From Rhynchopus sp. YZ270_cl-10 (lineage: Eukaryota): a stretch of 64,000 bases of DNA. Below are positions 19,205-31,355 of the stretch, one piece after another. Every line of letters begins with the position of its first letter. Positions within the stretch are counted from its first letter, which is position 1. A program made the translations under genes and the position numbers. The stretch covers positions 1,364,001 to 1,428,000 of the forward strand of contig OZ037838.1 in NCBI GenBank assembly GCA_964035575.1, given 5' to 3'. The notes below the pieces were generated by a model. The model worked only from the letters and a program-made list of their open reading frames with translations, ran no database searches and was not told where the DNA came from.

Positions 19205-20305
19205 ATGATGGATGTGACCTTTGTGTTGGAAGAGTCAGGTGTGACTGCGACAGTGGAGGTGCCGTGCGAGGCGGACGTTGCAGCGGCAAAGGAGGTTGCG
19301 TGCACGGCGCTTGCTGTCTCGCCTGCGTCTGTCGAGATGCGCATCGGCACGCAGGTGCTGGAGGGGACATGCCGTCTGCAGGACACTGCGTTTGGTGCAG
19401 GGGTGCAGGTTGTGCTTGCCCGCCGCTTTGCCGACATCAAGTGTCCTGCTGAGTACGGTCCATGGGCAGCGGAGGGATCGTTTATCGCTGTCTCCTTGTG
19501 GAGCACTCTGCCTCTTTACACGGGAGCTATTCTATGTGACCGTCCTCGATACAGAAACTTTAAGCCCTGCCTTCGAGTTCAAAGTGGGCACTAATGTGTA
19601 CGGTCCGCCTGCCATCTCACGGTGCAAGATACGCTGCTACCTGCCGTGCTGGGAAGATGTGCGTGAGGTTGCGCTTCCTGGTGGGGAGGTGCTCCGCAAA
19701 GTTTACGTCCCCTCGTTCCAAGTGTTCGCGTGTGGCGTGGTGTTGTTGTCTTCCGTGGCGAAGGCGGCGTCTCTGTGTATGACGAAGACCTGACGTTGCT
19801 CCACTCTCTCTCGCACGAAGGGTGCAACGGGGTGGCTCTGTCGGACTGTGGTGGGTGGGTGATCACCTACATCAGTAAGAAGAACGCACGTCTGTGGGAT
19901 GTGAACACAGGAGAAGCTGTGGCATGTGTGTTTGGGTCAACGGGCAATGTAGCGCTTTCAAGGCCCGCCTCTGTCTTTGCTGTGGTTGAAAATGTGTACG
20001 AGGCAGCGAGAGTGCAGCTCTACGACTGGAGTGGTGCGGCTCTTCAGAACGCCACTATCTCTGGAGATGTCTGTGGCTTGCAATTCACCCCATGTGGGAA
20101 GTACCTTGTGGTCCATGTGTACAAACCTAACCTACGTCAGGCAGAGCTACACCAGTATGATGTGGCGACTATGTCCTGTGTACTTGTGATTCCAGGCGTC
20201 AGCGGTCCGTCATTTGCGATATCACCGTGTTCGCGTGTGGTTGTGTTTGTATCAGCCGAAAGCACTAACGTTGTGACAAGACATCTGTACCCCCACAACG
20301 AGTGA
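19205..20305 (+). pseudogene. Ubl-propeller copy 3, frameshifted
   Basis: 5-nt deletion near 19463 and 2-nt insertion near 19738 relative to copy 6; stop at 19592-19594 in the original frame. Confidence 0.8.
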
Positions 20306-20469
20306 TCCGTCTTGCCACCACACACCTATCCAGTGATGGCAGATCTGCATCCACGAGCAAGACACCGCAGACCACCATGTCGCAGCCGAACACCACATCG
20401 CCTCCCGCCAGCGACATATTTTTACGACAAACAATATTGTCTCCGAATTCCCTCAGGGTTTGCACGCCG

Positions 20470-20573
20470 AGTACCTGGGTACCTGGGTGGACCACGGCCA
20501 GGCGGACCCACGGGTCCGCCTGGCCGGACTCTGGGTCCGGCCAACCGGACTCAGGGGTCCGCCTGGCCGGACG
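20470..20573. other. 104-nt GC-rich multi-hairpin insertion
   Basis: Absent from paralogous spacers (gcacgccg|cagaagg at ~13861, ~21780, ~25350). Contains the perfect hairpin ggccaggcggaccc-ac-gggtccgcctggcc. Confidence 0.75.
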
Positions 20574-20696
20574 CAGAAGGAACGGAGCCAGAAATGATCG
20601 CACATGTGCGCCTTTCACTGCTTGTGTTTTGATTGCTTTATTCTTAGTAGGGGTGAAGACAACGGAAGAGTAGGAGTGCGGTTTCCATTTTATCTA

Positions 20697-21623
20697 GTTG
20701 TGCTCACCCGCCCTCGCTTTGCCGACATCAAGTGTCCTTCTGAGTACATTCCAGAGGGGCCAACTGGTGGGCAGGGGATGAATCGTTTATCGCTGTCTCC
20801 TTGTGGAGCACTCTGCCTCTTTACACAGGAGGATGGCTATGTGACCGGCCTAGATACAGAAACCTTCAGCCCTGCCTTCGAGTTCAAAGTAGACATTGAG
20901 GTGTACGGTGCCCCTGCCATCTCGCAGTGCAAGACACGCTGCTACCTGCCGTGTTCGAGGGAAGGTGTCCACCAGGTTGCGCTTCCTGGTGGGGAGGTGC
21001 TCCGCAAAGTCGACAGCATTTGCGGCACGACGTGCGCAGTAACTGCGTGTGGCGGTGTTGTTGTCTCCCATGTCCTAGACGGAATCTCTGTGTATGACGA
21101 AAACCTGACGTTGCTCCGCTCTTTCTCGCACAAGGGTTGTAGACACATGGCAGTGTCGGACTGTGGTGGGTGGGTGATCACCTCTTCCTACAAGGGGATG
21201 AACGCGCGTCTGTGGGATGTGAACACAGGTGAAGATGTGGCATGTGTCCCTGCGGCTGGGGGGTACGTGGCGCTTTCACGATGTGACTCTGTCTTTGCTG
21301 TGGTGCGTAACGCAGTGTGCTCTAACAAAGTGCAGCTCTACGACTGGAGTGGTGCGGCTCTTCAGAACGCCACTATCTCTGGAGATGTCTGTGGCCTGCA
21401 ATTCACCCAGTGTGGGAAGTACCTTGTGGTCCATGTGTACAAACCTCACCTACGTCAGGAAGAGCTGCACCAGTATGATGTGGCGACTATGTGCTGTGTA
21501 CTTGTGATTCCAGGCGTCAGCGGTCCGTCATTTGCGATATCACCGTGTTCGCGTGTGGTTGTGTTTGTATCAGCCGAAAGCACTAACGTTGTGACAAGAC
21601 ATCTGTACCCCCACAACGAGTGA
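20697..21623 (+). pseudogene. Copy 4: 5'-truncated (Ubl-less) but otherwise open propeller ORF
   Basis: Spacer ...ttttatctag joins directly to the end of the Ubl block (VVLTRPRFADIK). In-frame ATG at 20778. Confidence 0.7.
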
Positions 21624-22081
21624 TCCGTCTTGCCACCACACACCTATCCAGTGATGGCAGATCTGCATCCACGAGCAAGACACCGCAGGCCACCATGTCG
21701 CAGCCGAACACCACATCGCCTCCCGCCAGCGACATATTTTTACGACAAACAATATTGTCTCCGAATTCCCTCAGGGTTTGCACGCCGCAGAAGGAACGGA
21801 GCCAGAAATGATCGCAAATGTGTGCCTTTCACTGCTTGTGTTTGATTGCTTTATTTTTAGTAAGGGTGCAGACAAAGGAAGAGTAGGAGGGCGGTTTCAA
21901 TTTTATCTAGCCACCCAAACAACGACCCCCATCCCTCGTTCCCTCTTTCCACGTGTCTTTGTTAAAACCCTCTCCTGTTGGTGGAAGCTACAGACACAGT
22001 GAGAACATCACAAACACACAAAACAAAACAACCCACACCTCATCTCTCCTAACAGAGGTGGAACAAGAAGAAGACAAAACA

Positions 22082-23185
22082 ATGGATGTGACCTTTGTGC
22101 TGGAAGAGTCAGGCGTGACTGCGACAGTGGAGGTGCCGTGCGAGGCGGACGTTGCAGCGGCAAAGGAGGTTGCGTGCACGGCGCTTGCTGTCTCGCCTGC
22201 GTCTGTCGAGATGCGCATCGGCACGCAGGTGCTGGAGGGGACGTGCCGTCTGCAGGACACTGCGTTTGATGCAGGGGTGCAGGTTGTGCTTGCCCGCCGC
22301 TTTGCTAACATCAAGTGTCCTGCTGAGTACAGTGTTGAGGTGCCAACTGGTGGGCAGCGTATGGATATAGATCGTTTAACGCTGTCTCCTTGTGGAGCAC
22401 TCTGCCTCTTTACACAAGATGCAGGCTATGTGACCGGCCTCGATACAGAAACCTTCAGCCCTGCCTTCAGGTTCAAAGTGGACATTGTGGTGGGCAGTGC
22501 GCTTGCCATATCACGGTGCAAGACACGCTGCTACATGCGGTGCTGGGAAGCTATGCACGAGGTTGCTCTTCCGGGTGGGGAGGTGCTCCGCAAAATTGAC
22601 ACCTCGTTCCAAGTGTTCGCGTGTGGCGGTGTTGTTGTGTCTAAAGGCAAAGACGGCGTCTCTGTGTATGACGAAGACCTGACGTTGCTCCGCTCTCTCT
22701 TGCACAAGCGCTGTCAGAGTATGGCAGTGTCAAACTGTGGTGGGTGGGTGATCACCTCCTCCGTCACTGAGAAGAATGCACGTCTGTGGGATGTGAACAC
22801 AGGTGAAGCTGTTGCATGTGTGCCTGCGGATGGGTGCGTGGCGCTTTCACGGTCTGCCTCTATCTTTGCTGTGGAGTGCTCTGACAAAGTGCAGCTCTAT
22901 GACTGGAGTGGTGCGGCTCTTGGCTGCTTTGGAAAGGAGCAATGTGACGTCTATGCCGTGCAGTTCACTCCGTGTGGCAAGTACGTCGTTGTTTGCTTTG
23001 AGAGTGGTGAACTATTTCATGAAGAGTACACTCTGCACCAGTATGATGTGGCGACCATGTCCTGTGTGCGTACGTTCCGTGACGTCGCTCCCTTTGCACT
23101 CATGATATCGCCGTGTTCACGTGTGGTAGTGTTTATCAACTCTGGACGAGACACTATTGTGACGAGGCATCTGTACCCCTACTGA
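22082..23185 (+). CDS. Ubl + propeller, copy 5 (sister of copy 2)
   Basis: Intact paralog. Confidence 0.85.
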   Translation: MDVTFVLEESGVTATVEVPCEADVAAAKEVACTALAVSPASVEMRIGTQVLEGTCRLQDTAFDAGVQVVLARRFANIKCPAEYSVEVPTGGQRMDIDRLTLSPCGALCLFTQDAGYVTGLDTETFSPAFRFKVDIVVGSALAISRCKTRCYMRCWEAMHEVALPGGEVLRKIDTSFQVFACGGVVVSKGKDGVSVYDEDLTLLRSLLHKRCQSMAVSNCGGWVITSSVTEKNARLWDVNTGEAVACVPADGCVALSRSASIFAVECSDKVQLYDWSGAALGCFGKEQCDVYAVQFTPCGKYVVVCFESGELFHEEYTLHQYDVATMSCVRTFRDVAPFALMISPCSRVVVFINSGRDTIVTRHLYPY

Positions 23186-24096
23186 GTGATGTTTTGCGAG
23201 AGGTTGTGTTTGTGCAGCTTCTCGCAGGCAGTCCACCACAGAAGCACCTCCTCGCTGTCGCTGAGCAGTTGCATCAGTGTTCGTTTCACTCCCCCCTGAA
23301 TGCGTATTGCACTCTACCTCGCTACTACATTCATGTAAGGAGGATTGGTCTGGAAGGTGCTCCACATAGCTCTTAAGGGTCGTGGTGGTCTACGTGAGGT
23401 TCGTTCATCTTTCTGCACCGTCACGGCAGCGGTGCTGCAATGTGGACACCACAGTCGTCTGTCAAAGCATACGCCTACACTCCCCATATGCCCCCACCTA
23501 CCGCATCCCCCCCTCGCGGAGCTGTCGCGGAACATGTGAGTAAACCTTTTTCCATTTTGGCGTCGTGACAGTTTCAGAGCTATGCAATGGTGTAGAAGGC
23601 AAGGAGCGTGCGGACATCTGCCCCGCCGTAATCACACACAGCTTCTAGCCGGAGACGCCTGAAGGTGCTCTTGCCTGGTCTTCTGAGTGAGGAGCATTTC
23701 TGCAGCGTTGACGGCACCTCGCAGTCAGTGTTTCTGTGGCTGTTTTGTTGCTATTGGGGTTTTTGTAGATCCAGCAACAGGCGGCATTATAAGCGAGGCA
23801 TCTGTACCCGCACAACAGTGAGTGATGTTTCGCGAGGGGTGAGAGGGTGGTGACTGTATTCTGACAGAAGGGGACAGTGCAAGTGTCTGCAGAGGGTATA
23901 CCATCAACTGCATAGGCCACACCGTCAATCTAGCCACGGGCAAGACATGAGACACATTTTTGTGCAGGGTATCTTCAAATTGTTTGCTTTGTCAGAGTTT
24001 GTTGAAACACGTATTTAACCCCCCTAACCTTCTTTTTTGTCGTTGCGAAGTGACACCACCAACCATCACATCAAACACAACAGACTCCTGAACAAT

Positions 24097-25193
24097 ATGA
24101 TGGATGTGACCTTTGTGCTGGAAGAGTCAGGCGTGACTGCGACAGTGGAGGTGCCGTGCGAGGCGGACGTTGCAGCGGCAAAGGAGGTTGCGTGCACGGC
24201 GCTTGCTGTCTCGCCTGCGTCTGTCGAGATGCGCATCGGCACGCAGGTGCTGGAGGGGACGTGCCGTCTGCAGGACACTGCGTTTGATGCAGGGGTGCAG
24301 GTTGTGCTTGCCCGCCGCTTTGCCGATATCAAGTGTCCTGCTGAGTACGGTCCATCTTATGGGCAGCGGAGGGATCGTTTATCGCTGTCTCCTTGTGGAG
24401 CACTCTGCCTCTTTACACGGGAGCTAGGCTATGTGACCGTCCTCGATACAGAAAATTTAAGCCCTGCCTTCGAGTTCAAAGTAGGCGTTAATGTGTACGG
24501 TCCGCCTGCCATCTCACGGTGCAATACACGCTGCTACCTGCCGTGCTGGGAAGATGTGCGTGAGGTTGCGCTTCCTGGTGGGGAGGTTCTCCGCAAAGTC
24601 GACGTCCCCTCGTTCCAAGTGTTCGCGTGTGGCGGTGTTGTTGTCTCCCGTGGCGAAGGCGGCGTCATGACGAAGACCTGACGTTGCTCCACTCTCTCTC
24701 GCACGAAGGGTGCAACGGGGTGGCTCTGTCGGACTGTGGTGGGTGGGTGATCACCTACATCAGTAAGAAGAACGCACGTCTGTGGGATGTGAACACAGGA
24801 GAAGCTGTGGCATGTGTGTTTGGGTCAACGGGCAATGTAGCGCTTTCAAGGCCCGCCTCTGTCTTTGCTGTGGTTGAAAATGTGTACGAGGCAGCGAGAG
24901 TGCAGCTCTACGACTGGAGTGGTGCGGCTCTTCAGAACGCCACTATCTCTGGAGATGTCTGTGGCCTGCAATTCACCCAGTGTGGGAAGTACCTTGTGGT
25001 CCATGTGTACAAACCTCACCTACGTCAGGCAGATCTGCACCAGTATGATGTGGCGACTATGTCCTGTGTACTTCTGATTCCAGGCGTCACTGGTGCGTCA
25101 TTTGCGATATCACCGTGTTCGCGTGTGGTTTTGTTTGTATCAGCCGAAAGCACTAACGTTGTGACAAGACATCTGTACCCCCACAACGAGTGA
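24097..25193 (+). pseudogene. Ubl-propeller copy 6, frameshifted (sister of copy 3)
   Basis: 7-nt deletion (tctgtgt) near 24667. Confidence 0.8.
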
Positions 25194-25662
25194 TCCGTCT
25201 TGCCACCACACACCTATCCAGTGATGGCAGATCTGCATCCACGAGCAAGACACCGCAGACCACCTTGTCGCAGCCGAACACCACATCGCCTCCCGCCAGC
25301 GACATATTTTTACTACAAACAATATTGTCTCCGAATTCCCTCAGGGTTTGCACGCCGCAGAAGGAACGGAGCCAGAAATGATCGCAAATGTGTGCCTTTC
25401 ACTGCTTGTGTTTGATTGCTTTATTCTTAGTAGGGGTGCAGACAAAGGAAGAGTAGGAGGGCGGTTTCAATTTTATCTAGCCACCCAAACAACGACCCCC
25501 ATCCCTCGTTCCCTCTTTCCACGTGTCTTTGTTAAAACTCTCTCCTGTTAGTGGAAGCTACAGAGACAATGAGAACATAACAAAAACCAGAAAACACACA
25601 AAATAAAACAACCCACACCTCATCTCCTCCCAACAGAGGTGGAACAAGAAGAAGACAAAACA

Positions 25663-26772
25663 ATGGATGTGACCTTTGTGCTGGAAGAGTCAGGCGTGAC
25701 TGCGACAGTGGAGGTGCCGTGCGAGGCGGACGTTGCAGCGGCAAAGGAGGTTGCGTGCACGGCGCTTGCTGTCTCGCCTGCGTCTGTCGAGATGCGCATC
25801 GGCACGCAGGTGCTGGAGGGGACGTGCCGTCTGCAGGACACTGCGTTTGATGCAGGGGTGCAGGTTGTGCTTGCCCGCCCTCGCTTTCCCGACATCAAGT
25901 GTCCTGCTGAGTACAGTGTTGAGGTGCCACCTGGTGAGCAGGGGGTGTATATAGATCGTTTCACGCTGTCTCCTTGTGGAGCACTCTGCCTCTTTACACA
26001 AGATGCAGGCTATGTCACCGGCCTCGATACAGAAACCTTCAGCCCTGCCTTCAACTTCAAAGTAGACTTTGTGGTGAGCTGTGCACCTGCCATCTCACGG
26101 TGCAAGACACGCTGCTACCTGGCGTGCAGGGAAGCTATGCACGAGGTTGCTCTTCCTGGTGGGGAGGTGCTCCGCAAAGTCGACGGCAATTGTATGGTGT
26201 CCGCGTGTGGCGGTGTTGTTGTCTCCGGAGGCAAAGACGGCGTCTCTGTGTATGACGAAGACCTGACGTTGCTCCGCTCTCTCTCGCATGAAGGGTGTGA
26301 TAGGGTGGCACTGTCGGAGTGTGGTGGGTGGGTGATCACCTCCTCTGTCACTGAGAAGAACGCACGTCTGTGGGATGTGAACACAGGAGAAGCTGTGGCA
26401 TGTGTGCCTGCAGATGGGTGGAACCCCGCGCTGTCACCACCTGCCTCTGTCTTTGCTGTGGAGTGCTCTGACAAAGTGCAGCTCTATGACTGGAGTGGTA
26501 CGGCTCTTGGCTGCTTTGAAAAGGAGCAGTGTCAAGTGTGTGCCGTGCAGTTCACTCCGTGTGGGAAATACGTCGTTGTTTGCTTTGCGAGGGGTGAAGT
26601 ATGGAGCAACGTGTATACTCTGCAGCAGTATGATGTGGCGACCATGTCCTGTGTGCGCACGTTCCGTGACTTCACTACCTATACCTTCACGCTATCGCCG
26701 TGTTCACGTGTGCTACTCTTTACGAACAGGCAACGTGACGCTATTGTGACACGACATCTGTACCCCTACTGA
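25663..26772 (+). CDS. Ubl + propeller, copy 7
   Basis: Intact paralog. Confidence 0.85.
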   Translation: MDVTFVLEESGVTATVEVPCEADVAAAKEVACTALAVSPASVEMRIGTQVLEGTCRLQDTAFDAGVQVVLARPRFPDIKCPAEYSVEVPPGEQGVYIDRFTLSPCGALCLFTQDAGYVTGLDTETFSPAFNFKVDFVVSCAPAISRCKTRCYLACREAMHEVALPGGEVLRKVDGNCMVSACGGVVVSGGKDGVSVYDEDLTLLRSLSHEGCDRVALSECGGWVITSSVTEKNARLWDVNTGEAVACVPADGWNPALSPPASVFAVECSDKVQLYDWSGTALGCFEKEQCQVCAVQFTPCGKYVVVCFARGEVWSNVYTLQQYDVATMSCVRTFRDFTTYTFTLSPCSRVLLFTNRQRDAIVTRHLYPY

Positions 26773-27367
26773 GTGATGTTTTGCGAGAGGTTGTGTTTGT
26801 GCAGCTTCTCGCAGGCAGTCCACCCCAGAAGCACCTCCTCGCTGTCGCTGAGCAGTTGCATCAGTGTTCGTTTCACTCCCCCCTGAATGCGTATCGCACT
26901 CTACCTCGTTACTACATTCATGTAAGGAGGATTGGTCTGGAAGGTGCTCCACATAGCTGCTCTTAAGGGTCGTGGTGGTCTACGTGAGGTTCGTTCATCT
27001 TTTCTTCACCGTCACGGCAGCGGTGCAATGTGGACACCACAGTCGTCTGTCAAAGTATACGCCCGCGTTCCCCATATTCCCTAACACACCTCATCCTCCC
27101 CTGCAGGTCATGGTGGGGCAAATGTGAGTAAATCTTTTTCCTTTTTGACGGCGTGACAGTTTCTAAGCTCCTTTATGGAATGATGTGAAAAGTCTCCAGG
27201 TCTCATGTGCGTTTGTTTCTCAAGAGTGTGTGTGTTGTTCTGCTCTTGTGGGTTGCTATCGAAAAGAAACACAAACCTGCTGACAAGCGGTTGTGTATCA
27301 CCCTTCTTATTTGTCGTTGCGAAGTGACCCCACCAACCACATCAAACACAACAGACCCCTTAACAAT

Positions 27368-28687
27368 ATGATGGATGTGACCTTTGTGCTGGAAGAGTCA
27401 GGCGTGACTGCGACAGTGGAGGTGCCGTGCGAGGCGAACGTTGCAGCGGCAAAGGAGGTTGCGTGCACGGCGCTTGCTGTCTCGCCTGCGTCTGTCGAGA
27501 TGCGCATCGGCACGCAGGTGCTGGAGGGGACGTGCCGTCTGCAGGACACTGCGTTTGGTGCAGGGGTGCAGGTTGTGCTTGCCCGCCTCTTTGCCGACAT
27601 CAAGTGTCCTGCTGAGTACAATGGTCAGCGGATGCACATAAATTGTTTATCGCTGTCTCCTTGTGGAGCACTCTGCCTCTTGGTGCAGAATGCAGGCTAC
27701 GTCACTGGCCTCGATACAGAAACCTTCAGCCCTGCCTTCAAGTTCAAAGTAGACAGTGGGATGTCTGGTCCGCCTGCCATCTCGCAGTGCAAGACACGCT
27801 GCTACATGGTATGCTGGAAAGGTATGTGCGTAGTTGCGCTTCCGGATGGGGAGCTGCTCCGCAAAGTCGACCCCTCGTTCCAAGTGATCGCGTGTGGCGG
27901 TGTTGTTGAGGAAGGAAATGTCACCGGCCTCGATACAGAAACCTTCAGCCCTGCCTTCAGGTTCAAAGTAGACGTTGAGGTGTACGGTGCCCCTGCCGTC
28001 TCGCGGTGCAAGACACGCTGCTACATGGCGGGCAGGAAAGGTCTCCACGAGGTTGCGCTTCCGAGTGGGGAGGTGCTCCGCAAAGTCGGTGGCCACTCGA
28101 ACGCAGTGTTCGCGTGTGGCAGTGTTGTTGTCTCCCGTGGCCCAGGAAACATCTCTGTGTATGACGAAGACCTGACGTTGCTCCGCTCTCTCTCACACAA
28201 GGGGTGCACCCAGTGCCGCGGGAGCATGGCTGTGTCGGACTGTGGTGGGTGGGCGATCACCTCCTCCACTGAGAAAAACGCACGTCTGTGGGATGTGAAC
28301 ACAGGTGAAGTTGTGGCACGTGTGCCTGTGGATGGGGGGCACGTGGCGCTTTCACCACCTGCCTCTGTCTTTGCTGTGGTGTGCTCTGAAACAGTGCAGC
28401 TCTATGACTGGAGTGGTGCGGCTCTTGGCTGCTTGGAAAAAGAGCAGTGGTATGTCTGTGCTGTGCTGTTCACTCCATGTGGGAAGTACGTCGTTGTTGA
28501 CTTTGCGAGGGGTGAACTTGGTGAAGAGTACGCTCTGCACCAGTATGATGTGGTGACCATGTCCTGTGTGCGTACGTTCTCTGACGTCACCCCCCATAGA
28601 TTTGCGATATCGCCGTGTTCACGTATGGTAGTGTTTGGAAACCACGAACGAGACACTATTGTGACGAGACATCTGTACCCCTACTGA
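27368..28687 (+). CDS. Ubl + propeller, copy 8, with in-frame two-blade expansion
   Basis: Segment VTGLDTETF...ACG occurs twice; junction near 27908. Confidence 0.85.
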   Translation: MMDVTFVLEESGVTATVEVPCEANVAAAKEVACTALAVSPASVEMRIGTQVLEGTCRLQDTAFGAGVQVVLARLFADIKCPAEYNGQRMHINCLSLSPCGALCLLVQNAGYVTGLDTETFSPAFKFKVDSGMSGPPAISQCKTRCYMVCWKGMCVVALPDGELLRKVDPSFQVIACGGVVEEGNVTGLDTETFSPAFRFKVDVEVYGAPAVSRCKTRCYMAGRKGLHEVALPSGEVLRKVGGHSNAVFACGSVVVSRGPGNISVYDEDLTLLRSLSHKGCTQCRGSMAVSDCGGWAITSSTEKNARLWDVNTGEVVARVPVDGGHVALSPPASVFAVVCSETVQLYDWSGAALGCLEKEQWYVCAVLFTPCGKYVVVDFARGELGEEYALHQYDVVTMSCVRTFSDVTPHRFAISPCSRMVVFGNHERDTIVTRHLYPY

Positions 28688-28881
28688 GTGATGTTTTGCG
28701 AGAGGTTGTGTTTGTGCAGCTTCTCGCAGGCAGTCCACCCCAGAAGCACCTCCTCGCTGTCGCTGAGCAGTTGCAGCAGTGTTCGTTTCACTCCCCCCTG
28801 AATGCGTATCGCACTCTACCTCGTTACTACATTCATGTAAGGAGGATTGATCTGGAAGGTGCACCACATAGCTGCTCTTAA

Positions 28882-29697
28882 CCCTTTGGGGACCAGCGAC
28901 ATATATACATGTCTTTTTTTTTTTTTTTTTATTTACGACGCTTCCTAAAAGTACCAGGGAGACGATAATTAGGTCAATTCATGCTTTAATGGACTCAGGG
29001 GCGTTTCCCTCTTGAAAAATGCATAAGAGTCGATAAAAGAAGATGCTCTCCTAATATCGCAGCGTGGTTTCTCAGAAAACCCCTTTTTTTGAAAAACGCG
29101 TTTTTTGGCCTTTTTCTGAGAATTTCTTGAACTGTGTGCCCTGGACCCGCGGGTGGATGAAAAATCAAAAATTTTGGACATCACAAAAATTTAGGCTCCA
29201 ATGGACTTATTGGGGTTATATAGCCCCAAAAATAATGTTTTTTTTTATTTTATGGGCACAGGGGCACCCTTTCCCCGCTCACCCCTCCGCAACCCCCCAC
29301 AGCACCCCAAAACCCAGATTTTAAGTCTTTACCCACAATTACACAATACTAACACCTTTTCACCCATTTTTTGGCACTTTTTTGACACAAAATGACCTCT
29401 CCTCGTGTGAAAAAGGGTGAGCTGAAGGTCTGGTTGCTGGGAAAAGGGGTCAGGAAGGAGTCCCCCACCTATTTTGCCATTTTTACCCTATTTCTGGGTA
29501 TACGGGCCCTATACCCACAGTGTAATAGCAGTTTTTCAAAAAATCATTTTCTCACATACATTTTGACCCTCTGAGCCCAAATGAGCCCATTGCACCCAAA
29601 ATTTTAGACTTTCTCTATGTTTATCCCAACTTAGGTCACCTTTTTCATAAAAAATCAAAAAAAAATTTTTTAACTTTTTGGCTCGGTCCCCAAAGGG
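28882..29697. mobile_element. piggyBac-like MITE
   Basis: 13-bp TIR CCCTTTGGGGACC; TTAA TSD (28878-28881, 29698-29701); empty site gctcttaagggtcg at ~15452, ~26958, ~38159. Confidence 0.92.
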
Positions 29698-30230
29698 TTA
29701 AGGGTCGTGGTGGTCTACGTGAGGCTCATCTTTTCTTCACCGTCACGGCAGCGGTGCAATGTGGACACCACAGTCGTCTGTCAAAGTATACGCCCGCGTT
29801 CCCCAACACCCTCAGCTATTCCCTAACACACCTCATCCTCCCCTGCAGGTCATGGTGGGGCAAATGTGAGTAAATCTTTTTCCTTTTTGACGGCGTGACA
29901 GTTTCTAAGCTCCTTTATGGAATGATGTGAAAAGTCTCCAGGTCTCATGTGCGTTTGTTTCTCAAGAGTGTGTGTGTTGTTCTGCTCTTGTGGGTTGCTA
30001 TCGAAAAGAAACACAAACCTGCTGACAAGCGGTTGTGTATCACCTTTATTCACACCACAGTGTGGTCAAGCCATTAGGTTTCTTTTCACATCTCCTGTGT
30101 GTTTGCAGGGTATCTTCAAATTGCATGCTTTGTCAGATGAAACACGTATTTAACCCACCAGCCTTCTTATTTGTCGTTGCGAAGTGACACCACCAACCAT
30201 CACATCAAACACAACAGAGCCCTTAACAAT

Positions 30231-31355
30231 ATGATGGATGTGACCTTTGTGCTGGAAGAGTCAGGCGTGACTGCGACAGTGGAGGTGCCGTGCGAGGCGG
30301 ACGTTGCAGCGGCAAAGGAGGTTGCGTGCACGGCGCTTGCTGTCTCGCCTGCGTCTGTCGAGATGCGCATCGGCACGCAGGTGCTGGAGGGGACGTGCCG
30401 TCTGCAGGACACTGCGTTTGATGCAGGGGTGCAGGTTGTGCTTGCCCGCCCTCGCTTTGCCGACATCAAGTGTCCTGCTGAGTACAGTGTAGAGGGGCCA
30501 ACTGGTGGGCAGGGGATGAATCGTTTAACGCTGTCTCCTTGTGGAGCACTCTGCCTCTTTGCACAGGAGGAAGGCCATATCACCGGCCTCGATACAGAAA
30601 CCTTCAGCCCTGCCTGCAGGTTCAAAGTAGACACTGAGGTGTGGGGTAAGCCTGCCATCTCACGGTGCAAGACACGCTGCTACCTGCCGTGCTGGGAAGG
30701 TCTGCACGAGGTTGCACTTCAGGGTGGGGAGGTGCTCCGCAAAGTCGACGGCACCTCGTACGCAGGGTTTGCGTGTGGCGGTGTTGTTGTCTCCCATGTC
30801 CTAGACGGCGTCTCTGTGTATGACGAAGACCTGACGTTGCTCCGCTCTCTCTCGCACAAAGGGTGTAATGGGGTAGCAGTGTCGGACTGTGGTGGGTGGG
30901 TGATCACCTCCTCCTACAGTGAGATTAACGCACGTCTGTGGGATGTGAACACAGGTGAAGCTGTGGCATGTGTGCCTGCGGATGGGGGGCACGTGGCGCT
31001 TTCACCACCTGCCTCTGTCTTTGCTGTGTATAGCTCTGACAAAGTGCAGCTCTATGACTGGAGTGGTACGGCTCTTGGCAGCTTTGCAAAGGAGCAGTGC
31101 CTAGTCTGGGCCGTGCAGTTCACTCCATGTGGGAAGTACGTCGTTGTTGGGTTTATGCATGGCGACGTATATTCTCACCTCACAGAGTACACTCTGCACC
31201 AGTATGATGTGGCGACCATGTCCTGTGTGCGTGTGATACGGTACGCCAAAGGACTATGTGCGATATCGCCGTGTTCACGTGTGGTTATGTTCAAGGCAGC
31301 AGGAGGTGACGCAGGAAGTGACGTCCTTGTGACACAACATCTGTACCCCTACTGA
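30231..31355 (+). CDS. Ubl + propeller, copy 9
   Basis: Intact paralog. Confidence 0.85.
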   Translation: MMDVTFVLEESGVTATVEVPCEADVAAAKEVACTALAVSPASVEMRIGTQVLEGTCRLQDTAFDAGVQVVLARPRFADIKCPAEYSVEGPTGGQGMNRLTLSPCGALCLFAQEEGHITGLDTETFSPACRFKVDTEVWGKPAISRCKTRCYLPCWEGLHEVALQGGEVLRKVDGTSYAGFACGGVVVSHVLDGVSVYDEDLTLLRSLSHKGCNGVAVSDCGGWVITSSYSEINARLWDVNTGEAVACVPADGGHVALSPPASVFAVYSSDKVQLYDWSGTALGSFAKEQCLVWAVQFTPCGKYVVVGFMHGDVYSHLTEYTLHQYDVATMSCVRVIRYAKGLCAISPCSRVVMFKAAGGDAGSDVLVTQHLYPY

